The translations under genes were made by a program, and so were the position numbers. The notes beneath the pieces are model-generated. The model was not told the DNA's origin, ran no database searches, and saw nothing but the letters and a program-made list of their open reading frames with translations. Below, one piece after another: positions 52,601-63,795 of a DNA stretch of 64,000 nt. Source of the DNA: Podarcis erhardii (Eukaryota); the NCBI GenBank assembly GCA_964252035.1, contig OZ176212.1. One strand, 5' to 3'. The first letter of the stretch is position 1. Each line of letters begins with the position of its first letter.

Positions 52601-55090
52601 CCAGCACAGACCTCTCAAGGTGTGCCCTGGTTGCAGGTGTAGATTAATCATTAACTCACCCCAAACCCACAGAGCCTCTGTCTGGGAGAGACTGATACCC
52701 AACTAGTAGTTTTTGCAAACTGGGCAGGTCCCAATGGCCACCACAATTGTTTTCCAGGTGGCTTTGTGGTCGGCAGCACACCTATTACCTGAGTCCTCTG
52801 GGTGGCGGTTCCCCTCAGCTCTCTTCTCCCTGTTTACTTGAGGCTGTCCCCATTTTCTGAGACCTCTCTTTGGTATAAAAGAGCCCACGAGCTCCCCAGG
52901 CAGAAGGCCACAGGAAACACACTTTCTCTGGGGCCTTGTTTGTAAGCAGCCATCCCTGAACCCCAAAGGGCACCATGCAGTGAGCACACCACCCTTTTGG
53001 AAGTGCAGGGTCATATTTTGAACATGACAGCATACGGATAGACAATTATGGTTTTCTAGTGCATCTTTAAACAAAACCACAAACACTCTTTTAAGTCAGG
53101 AGAGTAAATGAATGTGGCAGATTAAATGACTACAGCACCCAGCAGGCATGGCAGAGCCTTCTGCAAGGGCCCAAGGAGGGAGCGGGACACAGGAAGTGAT
53201 GCACATTGGGGCATTACAACCACCTGCCTCTTTCCATCTATGGAAGGTTGGAGGTGATGCGTTCTGGGCCATGCTGTCCACTCCTTGCCGTGTCACTGAG
53301 GGAAAGACCTGAGCTTTGGTGAACCCCGCCGTTCCTCTCTTGTCTGCCTCACACCACATCCAAAGTACAGCACAAACTGCCTCTTGGTGACTTTTGTTTC
53401 TCCTGGAAGGTTGGCCTGGGATTCACGAGTACAACTGCCCAGCGTGAGCTCCATGCCATGGCCTCCCACCCGCCCACAGAGCATGTCATTGTCGTGAGAC
53501 ACTTCTCAGGCCTCCGGGAATCCCAGGCGGAGCTGAAAGATAAGATTTGCACCAGCCACGGTACAAGGATTAGGGGACTGGGGGGTGAGGGAAAGGGGAA
53601 GGGGGGAAGCAGCAACCTGTGAATTTGGGAGGGGGGCTGGAAAAGACCTTGTATATTCTGCATTACTGTGGATGTTGATATTTATTTTTTTAAAGTACAC
53701 AACGCCATGTAAATACTTTTGTGTTTCTACATTCCATAACAAATCTGTGGAACTCACTGCCACAAGATGAGGGTGAGGGCCACACTTAAGCACCTTTAAA
53801 ATGGAACTGAGTAAATGCAAAAAGGATTGAGGATGAATCGGTGCTAATCAGCTGTGGAAAATGTTGATTTTTTGATGTTTTGTGGTGTTTTTATATTTTA
53901 TCAGCAGCCGCTCAGAGTGGCTGGAGCAACCCAGTCAGATGGATGGCATATAAACAATAGAATTATTATTATAATAATAAATTATTATGGTAGCTAAACG
54001 GAGTCTCCATCAGCGGAGGCTGATCCTGGCTCTTAGTGGCTCTGGCTCCACTTAACTGTTGGCCTCTCTGCCTTCCGTTCTGCCAGTTCCAAGGGGTACC
54101 ACTCACCATCTCCATGTTGTATGGGTAAAACACCACCAGGAGGAGGTGTGGGGTTGTTAGAAGAGAGATTGCTTTCACATCCTGCTTGGAAGTTTGCTGG
54201 AGGCATGTGCTTGGCCACTGAGAGGAAAAAGGTGCTGGTCTAAATGGACCTTTGGCCTAATCTGCAATATGTGTGTTATAATCTGATCCTCACCAGATTT
54301 CTAACCATGCTAACCATGCAATGAAACCACATACAAAGGAGAGAAGGGGATATATCAAACAGCACAAACTTATAAGAGTGGTCGTTTTTTGTTTTTAAGC
54401 AGCCTTTCATAGCTGCTAATTATAATTATAGAATTAGAATTATACCCTACCCATCTGGCTGTGTTGCGCCAGCCACTCTGGGCGGATTCCAACACATATA
54501 AAAACATACTAAAACATCAAACTTTAAAAACTTTCCGATACAGCGCTGCCTTCAGATGTCTTCTAAAAGTTGTATGGTTATTTATCTCCTTGGCATCTGA
54601 TGGGAGGGCATTCCCATGTAAGAAAGGCAGAAATTCAGCCATATTGCGTCGCCTGCCCCAAGCAGGGATCGGGATTTTGAAAGCTGGTTACTTTTTGCTA
54701 TTGCTCCGCTGCTAAAAGACACTTCGGCCCTGACTTCTGAAGACAGTGGGTGAATCGGCCCTTAGTAGCCATATCTGGGATTGTGAGGCAGGGCTTCTGG
54801 GTTCAGTGGAGGTGGGACAGAAGAGGCTTCAACCCCAACGCTTCTGAATTTATGTATTAAGCACTAGAAGACGGCAGTCGACCAAGGATGCGGCAACAAC
54901 CACGTAATGGGAAATGGTGCTGTGTTTATCTCTAGGTGCAGCTGCTCCACGGCCTACGGTGGTGCCCCAGCCCTTGAACACCTGCTCAGATCCCCAGGTG
55001 CTGCAGAAACTGGAGCGAGTGCTGAGTGGCCTTGATCAGGTGAACACCAAACTGAATGCGCTGGCTGCCAAGCAGGGGAAATGTGGCTAG
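49604..55090 (+). CDS. Secreted stand-alone integrin alphaM/X/D-type I (vWA) domain protein with C-terminal Cys-flanked coiled coil, 297 aa
   Basis: Exons 49604-49763, 50389-50516, 51297-51442, 51611-51764, 53410-53560, 54936-55090; total 894 nt, phases consistent, Kozak CCACCATG. Signal peptide MSLSHTHGPHFLLIVLVLAHLLSPFLTGSAG. I-domain motifs DIVFLMDGSSSM, GGSHTASGIRKVVKELF, VTDGEKTGDPLEY, ELKDKIC. The terminal exon reads GAAAPRPTVVPQPLNTCSDPQVLQKLERVLSGLDQVNTKLNALAAKQGKCG* and is followed by AATAAA. The I-domain exons are near-certain; the first and last exon joins are inferred. Confidence 0.82.
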
Positions 55091-55258
55091 GGTTCTCAAC
55101 GCCTGAGATGGGCAGTGGATGGAGGCAATGTGGTTTGGGAAGGAAGGGGAGAGAAGGACAAAGAAGATCGAAGGGGAAGAATGTCAGATCCTGACACATG
55201 GAGGTCCTTCCTCAGGCGCATAGCTTTTTAATCTGGTTTCTTATAGGGTGCAGAAGTC

Positions 55259-55264
55259 AATAAA
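55259..55264 (+). terminator. Polyadenylation signal of the I-domain gene
   Basis: AATAAA about 170 nt after TAG 55088-55090; a second copy lies near 55420. Confidence 0.6.
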
Positions 55265-58229
55265 GCCTGCTCACCAGTTGGGTCCCTGCTGTTTCTTACT
55301 TAAATTGACTCCACATCAGTGCCCAATAGGCTGCGAGAGCTCTTGTCATTTCTACTAGAGTAATTTATTAACTTACGAGCTGCCTTTTCCTTGCGTGTCA
55401 AGGCGATTTACAGGCCTGCAATAAAAGCAGCTAAAAACAGCTTTTCTTTAAAAAAATGTAATAATAACTGGAGATAGGTTTAAGAATGATACACAGTGAA
55501 TACCCAAGGAAGAGATCTTTTCATCCAGATGGAAAAGCTTGTTGAAACAAAAATTGTCTTCAATTGTTTCTGGAAAGATACCAGTGGGCGCCTGTCGTAT
55601 CTCAGCAGGAATGTAGCTGCACAGACTGCCCTGCTCTGAGTTCCTAGGAGAGAGCATCTGACATTTTGGAGACTTGAAGGGGTAACTCTGTTGCAGAGTG
55701 ATGTACGCGCTGCATATGTGTGTGTAGCTATTTAAAAGGCTGCCTTCTCAAATAAGACTGAGAGTTATTTTGATTTATATCCCACACCCAACCCAAAAGC
55801 TCAAAGTGAAAAATACAAAAGAAGCTCAGCAAAACAAAGATGCTGGCAATGCTTTCTCACAAGTAAGTCCCACCATGTTCAGTGGGGCTTACACCCAGGC
55901 AGAGGTGTACCTAGGGGGTTGCTGAAACCAGCCCCCACTGGGGGCGCACAAAAATCACCTGTTTCTAGTGTTGTGACACTGCTGTCACTGCAAGATCAAA
56001 CATGGGAGAATATCTTTCTCACATCGTGGTACAAAGGTGTGTGAATCTTTTCGCCCTTCCTCCTCACTTCTCCCTCCCTCTGGACGCTTTGAGTACTTGG
56101 CTTGCATAAAGTGTAAGTGATTCCTGATGTGGCTACCGCACTAAAGTGATTTCCCTCCCTAGGAGCGAGTGCCAATGCATCTCCTTGCCAAGGGTGTACA
56201 GAACCCTAGATATGCCTCTGCTTCTGGGTCGGTGTATATAGGAGGAAATGTTACATAGCTGGGGTATATCTTTCTCCCCATCTGTCTATTGACACTCAGG
56301 GCAAAAGTAGACATTAAATTGTTTGTTGGTTAAATTTATTAGTCACTTGTCGCTTGAAGGTCCCCAAGCAACTTACAAGAAAGAAAAATATATACTAATA
56401 CATAATACCATGGTGGGAAAGGGGGATAATATAATACATTATTATTTTGTATAAAATACTGTAACACTAATGGAAAAACAAAAACAACACACCAGCTGTA
56501 TAAATAGTAAGAAACAACATTAAAAGTGTTCAAGTAGTAATCAAAGCAATACTCCCACCCAATAATTAGCTAATAAAATCTCAGACCATAGCAATTACCC
56601 TGTTTTTGTGCAGTTTTTGGACAAATTTTCAGCACAGGATCCTGATCTAGATCTTGGGGAGCTTTAAAATGTCTCTGGTCCTAACCTGGATCCTAACCTC
56701 CATGCTGGCAAATGTGCGTAAAAAGACTCTGCATTTGAAAGACACAGCTACACATCACTGTTGTGTAGTTCAGAATGTCATTCGAGGAAATGAAACTGGC
56801 AGGAGAATCTGGACAGGCATGAAAGAACCACTTCATACATCACCCAGTTCATTTCTCAAGTTCACGGCCGCCATAATGTGGTGACGGCCACTAATTTATA
56901 TATCTTTAAAAGGCAGATTAGTAAATTTAGTAGAGAATAAGGCTATCCCTTGCTGCTATTCATGAGGGCTACATACTACCTCCAATGTTTGCATTGAGGT
57001 TTTCCCACAACTGCTTTGAGATTTATTTATTTTTACAATCAAGTGGTATATAACTTGTATGGGATGAATGGTATCAGAAGGAACATGCCCATGATTACTG
57101 GGGAAGATGAGGAGGAGAGTGCCCTTGCCTTCATGTCCTGCTGGAACAGGAGGCTCAGAGGGTCTGCGGTCTGATCCAATCCAAGCACATTCATTCCTAA
57201 ATAACGACGATACAGCTTTTGAGCATGGACAGAGTGACACTTTCCCATTGAGGAAGCATAGGCTGTGCGCACACACCCCTCTACACTTGCACTGCTGGTT
57301 TGGGAAGTAGTGTACACACAGTCGCATCTATCCTGTAGTTTCTTGTGAAATACTGTTTTGATGCATTCCCTAGCAAACCAGCTTTGAGTCAAATGGAGAA
57401 AAAGAGCAATCCAGCTTTCTTTTAAGCTAGTAATGCGATTGCAGTGACAGGCAACCTCACTTTCTATCCAAATCTGCAAGCAGGGTTGAAACTCCACATT
57501 TTACCTAACGAGGCTGAATGGTTTCCCACCAGTTTTTTCTTTATACACTTAGATCCCCATTTGCTCCAGATAGGGAAAGGCTGTAGCCCAGTGATACAGC
57601 ACATGCTTCACATGCAAAAGATGCATCTCTTAAACCCTGAAGAGCAGCTGCCAATCGGCTTACACAGCAGCATGCTAGGTGGACCCAGAGGTCTGGTTTG
57701 GGACAAGACAGATCCCTATTCCGCTGATGCTGCATTCTGAATAAGCTGCTGGGCTTAGAACCCAAATACAACTCCTAAGCCAGCATGGTGCAGTGGTTGG
57801 ACTAGAACCTTGGGAGACCAGGGTTCGAATCCCCACCCAGCCATGAAGCTCACTGGGTCTTCCTGAGGATGATATGGGGAGGTGGTGTGTACTACACCAG
57901 CACCTTAAGCTTCTTGGAGGAGAGGTGGGATATAAATGCAACAAACGATGCCCACCCATGCTCCCTGCTGCCTGCACGAAAGGTACAATACCTAAATCTT
58001 TGTTTTGCCAGACGTAGTATCATAGAATCTTAAAGAGTTGGAAGTCAAAATTTATGTCTGTATGTTTAGTTTGTATGTTTAGTTTGTACAGTATGTTTTT
58101 TTTTGTAATCTAAGTTTAGAGGTGTATGTATCTATGTATAATATGTTTGTTTAGTGTTCTGGTTTGTGTTTGTAAGTATTGCATTTATTAATAAAATATA
58201 TAGAGAGAGAGTAGGAAGGTAGCCTCCCT

Positions 58230-59050
58230 GCCTATCCGGCCCAGGAGCCGGGCAGAGTCCCAAGCTGGCGCGCTCCTCCTACTCCTTCCCCGCCCCTTAA
58301 AACTGGCTTTTCTTTTAATGATAACTGCGGAGGGGCGTGGAGGAGGCAGCAAGCAAAAGCCGAGAGGGCAGGCGGACTTGGCGCGGGAAGCTACACCCAC
58401 TTTCCCCCAGCGCCGGCTTCTCCCTTTCCTGTTGTTCCCGCAGCGAGCCTCTTCCCCCCGTCTGATCCAGGCGGGGGAGGAGCAGGGGCAGGAGCAGGAG
58501 CGGCCAGCCAGAGAGCGCGCTAGCTTGGGACTCTGCCCGGCTCCTGGGCCGGATAGGCAGGGAGGGATGCGAGACTCTTCCGGGGGAGGCGGAGCCCGGC
58601 CGCCTTCCTGCTTCCTGCCCCGCGTCTCTCTCGGCTGCTGCCTGGGCTGGGAGAAAGGCGACTTCTCCGAAAGAAGGAAGCGCCAAGAGACCCACACGCT
58701 CCTGCTGCGCACAGGCGGGGGGATCCTCCGGAGCCGAGCCGGATCCGCGTCCAGCTTCCAAAATAAAGCCTCCGGTCTGCAGGGAACCCCAAAAGGTAAG
58801 TAGAAAAAGAGGGGGCGCAGGGGTCAGGATCCCCTCCAACTCTCCGTCCCGCCCTCCCTCCGGCACCCCCAGCCACCCAAGCAGGAGTCCGACGGCGGAA
58901 GCACCCTGCTGCACCACCCTCGCCGCCCTGCCAAAGGGGCGCAGCAGAAGCTTCAGCCCGGGCAGATCTCGGCACCCGCGACGCTGCATTCCCGAGGTCC
59001 CAGCACCCCGAGGGGAGGGAGAAGGGCTCGCTCACCCTCCACAACCCGCA
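58230..59050 (+). promoter_or_regulatory. CpG island / promoter and first exon of RABEP2
   Basis: Dense CpG and GC boxes; strong donor AAAG|GTAAGT at 58796/58797. Confidence 0.75.
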
Positions 59051-60469
59051 GCAGCAGAGCCAGGAGAGAGAGAGAGAGGCACAGACCCGATGGGCTTCCC
59101 TAATACGACGCACCTGCTAGGATCTCTTGGGTCAGGGAGCCGGGGGTGGGAGAGAGAGAGAGCCACCCCAGGGCCCCCCCCCCAAAAAGCTGCTAGGAAA
59201 GGTCCTAGGAAAGCTGCAGATTAGAAGGTGCTCTGAGGCACAGGGGGTCCCAGACACAGCTAAGGGGGAGAATTTTGTGGGGCCCCCCCCAAGTCCCACA
59301 CTACCTCAAGGATCTCCTCAGAAAAGAAGGGGAGACAGCGGTGAAGCCCAGGTCTCTGCTGCTGAGAGTGGATGTATCGCCCACAAGGTGATTTCAGCAG
59401 GGGCTTGGCCACCCCCCCAAGCTGGACTCACCTGTGGGAAGCAGGCTTTACCTCAGAGGTTAATCTTTCTTTGGAGGGCAAGGACTGGCTGACGGACCAG
59501 CATGACAGAATAGCAGGGCCTTCTAGAGAAAAAACTCTTCTGCCTGGCAACAGCAGTCGTTGGGCTTACATGAAGTCTGCACCCAACAGGACCCTCAGGC
59601 TACCAACATTCTTGGGTGGGTGGGGGCAGCTTGCAAGCTTCTCAAGGGCCTGGGCGTCCTCTTATCTCAGGCCACTGGATTCTGGACACAGTTCAGAGCA
59701 GATAAGTGAGTTCCACAAGGCACCCAGGGGCATCTTCCCAGTTCCAGTCTCCCAAGGAGCCCTCCAGCATCTCCTTACAATCCAGGCCATCAAACACATC
59801 CCAGTCCCTGAGAGGGCGGGGTCTTCCCAGCCTTCTTCAGGGTCCCAAGACAGACTGGAGACACATGGTCCATCCTGAGAGTGAATCTCCCAAGTTCCAC
59901 GTGGAGATTTTGCGCAGCATCCTGGCAAGCTTCAGGAAGGGTTACTTCTTCACCTCTATCAACCTGACACAACCATACCTCTACACTTTCATCAGGCAGG
60001 ACCATTGCAGGTTCCTATGGCAACGACTAGGTCCAGTTCCAGGCTCTGCCTTTTGGTAGCACACATAAGATGCTCTCAGGGGAGTCAGGACCAGAGCCCA
60101 CAGACAGTGCACCACACTCTTTTGGTCCTTCAAACCCTCCTGACTTGTCAAGAAGTTCTCAAAGGGCTCTCTGGCTAAGAAGATGCATTTCCCTAGCTTA
60201 CACATCAGCCAATCTCCATTTCCCAGAGGCCTCAGTTGCACACTCAGTGAGGCAGGGGGCCATAGCCTCCAGAGCTTCCTGGGAGATGGGACCTCTAGAG
60301 GAGATCTGTAGGGTAGCTATCTCCTCGGTCCATCGCTACCAGATCAACACCTTTGCATCAGAAGGCACCCTTGGGTAATGTGTCCTGCAAGAGAGTTCAG
60401 CACTCCTAGGGAGACACAGTGCAGGATGTTGGAGAACAGGGACCCACCCAGAGATGCATTGATTTTCAG

Positions 60470-61150
60470 CATCCCAAGCCAACATTGGCTCCCAGTACAT
60501 TTCCGAGCACAATTCAAAGTGTTGATGCTGATCTTTAAAGCCCTAAACGGCCTCGGCCCAGTATACCTGCAGGAGTGTCTCCATCCCCATCGTTCAGCCC
60601 GGACGCTGAGGTTCAGCTCCCAGAGTCTCCTGGCGGTTCTTCCATTGCGAGAAGTGAAGTTTCAGGGAACCAGGCAGGGGTAGTGGCACCCACCCTGTGG
60701 AAAGCCCTCCCATCAGATGTCAAGGAAATAAACAACTACAGTCGTACCTTGGTTCTTGAATGCCTTGGTACGCGTACATTTTGGCTCCCAAACGCCGCAA
60801 ACCTGGAAGTAAGTGTTCTGGTTTGCAAACGTTCTTTGGAAGCCGAAGCTGCTGCAGCCAATCAGAAGCTGTGCCTTGGTCTTTGAACGTTTTCGGAAGT
60901 CAAATGGACTTCCAGAACAGATTCTGTTCGAGAACCACCGTACGACTGTATGTGACTTTTAGAAGACATCCGAAGGCAGCCCCATACAGGGATGTTTCAA
61001 TGTTTGATATTTTACTGTGTTTAAAATATTTTGCTGGAAGCCGCTGGAAGAGTGGGTGGGGCAACACAGTCAGATGGGTGGCATATAAATAGTAGTATTG
61101 TTGTTGTTGTTGTTGGCATATAAATAGTGTTGTCGTTGTTGTTGTTGTTG
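60470..61150 (+). mobile_element. L2-clade LINE 3' fragment interrupted by a MITE
   Basis: HWLPVHFRAQFKVLMLIFKALNGLGPVYLQECL is an L2-type RT C-terminus; (GTT)n tail at 61098-61150. Confidence 0.75.
60739..60948. mobile_element. Tc1/mariner-pogo-type MITE with TA TSD, nested in the LINE fragment
   Basis: TA|CAGTCGTAC ... GTACGACTG|TA. Confidence 0.82.
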
Positions 61151-62180
61151 TCAGGCCTCCTCCTCCTTGATCAGAGAAATTGCGATTCTTGATTTACCAT
61201 GAATTTCTGTTTTTCTCAACTGGAGGATGCCATTACCTTTCTTTTCCCCCTCGTTTTGTCCACAGTAGGCAAACAGCCAATGACAGAACAGACGTTGTGG
61301 ATTCCCGGAACGTGGGTTTCCCCACTTTGGCGAGCTGACGACTAGGGATCCAAGGGGGAGGCTCTGCCTTCCATGGAAGAGCCTCTGATCCCTGCCTATC
61401 AGGTGCCTGCAGCCGGGCAAATCCCCAGCCAACTGGCCTCCACCACTCAAGAAGAACAGGAATTCACGGTAAGTGAAGAATTTCCATACCTCTAAACTTC
61501 AAGCCACCCACCCTGACTATCAGCAAGAAACAAATGACAAAAGGAGGGGATGGGGGTTTTTGTTGGGGGGGAGCAAGCTGAATGGAGAAGAGCCTCTCCA
61601 GTCATCCTGCAGCAGTAATTAGCAGCACTGTATTTTGGGGCAGGGGGCGGGAAGGCACAGTCCGAGCTTGTCCACTGCTGTATCCAGTTCTGCGCAATGC
61701 AGTTCCTAGGCTTCATTTGAAGCTAGGAATTGTAGCAAGATGCCAGTCAGAGGCTACCTGGCAGTAAATAATAAAGACAAGACAACCTCTGAGTATGGGC
61801 AGAGTGTGCATGTTGAAACTAGAGCGCTCAATCCACAAACAGGTCTTTCCTGAATCAAACCAAGGAGCTTGGAGGCTGGCTCGCGACCACTCACCTTTTG
61901 TTTCACAGGCACGCCTAAGGCCTTGCCAGGAGCAGTGAAAGCACCATTTCGGCAGCCGCTGTGCCGCCTTCACTTCAAGTCTCTTCAGAATCCCTCAGGA
62001 AATGTCTATCAGAGACTGAAGATGAATAAGTAGCCATCTTCGTTGGCTCCGCTGGGATATTTTCGCCTATGTCCAGCAGCATACAATAGATTTTGAGCAT
62101 TCCCGTGTTTTTACTCGGCTGTTTCTGGGCTCCGCTCAGCCTTCAGGGAACCCGAAGCAGCAACAGCAGCAGCAGCCAGG

Positions 62181-62690
62181 ATGGAAGGTATGCCTCCCCT
62201 CTGAATGGCAGGCAGGGAGAGAGGGCGGGAAGATGGGAAGCCACGCCCCTCATGGTTTCACCCTAGAATGGAGCTCTGGGTTGTGTAACATGGGGAGGGG
62301 GAGTCATAGGTCACAGTTAGAGTTAGGGTGCTTGGGTCAAGGGTTAGAAAGTTAGCAGTTTCAGGTCAGAGTTCACAGGGCATTGGGGACTTAACAAGTC
62401 CTGGGTTCAAGTTAACTTCAGTTCTGTATCCATATATATATTTTTCCGCTCTTCCCAAGAACCTCAGCAGGTGAAAGATGTGGGGGCCCCTCCAGGCCTG
62501 AACCTCCCCCGAGATCCAGACCCCCAAAAGACCATCCAGATACTGCAAGCCCAACTGTCAGCTGCGTTGGCCGAAGTGGAGACCGTCCGAGCTGTGGCTG
62601 CCGTAAGCGAAGGAACGAAACATGAGGCCGTGGACGCTGTCCGGCGCCGGTGCCAGGAGGAAGTGGCTTCCCTGCAGGCCATCTTGAAAG
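62181..62690 (+). CDS. RABEP2: Rabaptin-5 beta (RABEP2), first coding exons; gene continues beyond the window
   Basis: ATGGAAG|GT at 62181-62187 (phase 1), then exon 62460-62690 encoding EPQQVKD...LQAQLSAALAEVETVRAVAAVSEGTKHEAVDAVRRRCQEEVASLQAILK. This matches RABEP2 (RQCQEEVASLQAILK) better than RABEP1. Confidence 0.88.
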
Positions 62691-62827
62691 GTGAAGGGCC
62701 TCAAGGCCTGGGCGCAGCAGGGAAGGAACAGCAGGGACCTTCATTTGTTCTTATTTATTTTTTCTAACATGCCCTCAATCCCAGCAGATTTCAGGACAGG
62801 GTACAATGATGAGAAATATTATGCGTA

Positions 62828-63791
62828 CAGTGGTGCCTCGCAAGACGAAATTAATTCGTTCCGCAAGTTTTTTCGTCTTGCGAGTTTTTCGTCTTGCAAA
62901 GCACGGTTTCCCATAGGAATGCATTGAAAATCAATGCGTTCCTATGGAAACCGCCTTCAGACCAGGTCCGGGGACAGTCTGTCCCCCGACCTCTTCTGAA
63001 GGCTGGGGGGGGGGACAAGGGCTTTTCTTCCCACCCCCAGCATTTTAAAAAACCCCGGGACAGCAGAGGACTTCTCCACTGTCCCGGGGTTTTTTAAAAT
63101 GCTGGCGGGCGCTATCCCGGATGGCTTTTGAAGGCAGGCGGGGGGGAGCAAAGACTTTCACCCCCCGCCAGCCTTCAGAAGAGGTCCTGGACCTCTTCTG
63201 AAGGCTGGCGGGGGGCAAAAGTCTTTGCTCCCCCCTGCCTGCCTTCCCGGGGGCTTTAAAATCGCCCCGGGACAGCGGAGAAGTCCGCTGTCCGGGGCGA
63301 TCTTAAAATGCTGGCGGGCGGCAGCGAAGCCTGTCCTGGGGCGATTTTAAAGCCCCCGGGAAGGCAGGCGGGGGGGAGCAAAGACTTTCGCCCCCCGCCA
63401 GCCTCCAGAAGAGGTCCAGGACCTCTTCTGAAGGCCGGCAGGGGGTGAAAGTGTTTGCCCCCCCCCGCCTGCCTTCAAAAGCCGTCCGGGATAGCGGGAA
63501 GCGCTTCCCTGCTATCCCGGACCACTCTTAAAATGCTGGCAGTGGGGAGCAAAGCCTTTCGGCCCCTGCCAGCCTTCCTGGACCTCTTCTGAAGGCCGGA
63601 GGGGGGGGGGAAGGCTTTGCTCCCCACCGCCAGCATTTAAAAGAGGTCCCCGGAGATTTCCCTATGGGCTTTCTTCTTGCGAAGCAAGCCCATAGGGAAA
63701 TTCGTCTTGCGAAGCGCCTCGAAAAACGGAAAACCCTTTCGTCTAGCGGGTTTTTCGTCTTGCGAGGCATTTGTCTTGTGGGGCACCACTG
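62828..63791. mobile_element. Long MITE of the same family as 40504-40819, with palindromic interior
   Basis: TA|CAGTGGTGCCTCGCAAGAC ... GTCTTGTGGGGCACCACTG|TA; terminal regions shared with the 40.5-kb copy. Confidence 0.85.
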
Positions 63792-63795
63792 TATA

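Noticed and set aside
50389-53560. Interpretation as an ITGAX/ITGAM pseudogene fragment or truncated integrin
   Set aside because: No stops or frameshifts, intact MIDAS, canonical splice sites, and phase-compatible dedicated signal-peptide and terminal exons. This reading is disfavoured but not formally excluded without transcripts.
58188-59113. Several long overlapping minus-strand ORFs (174-224 aa)
   Set aside because: Stop-poor GC-rich CpG island, low-complexity products and no domain signal.
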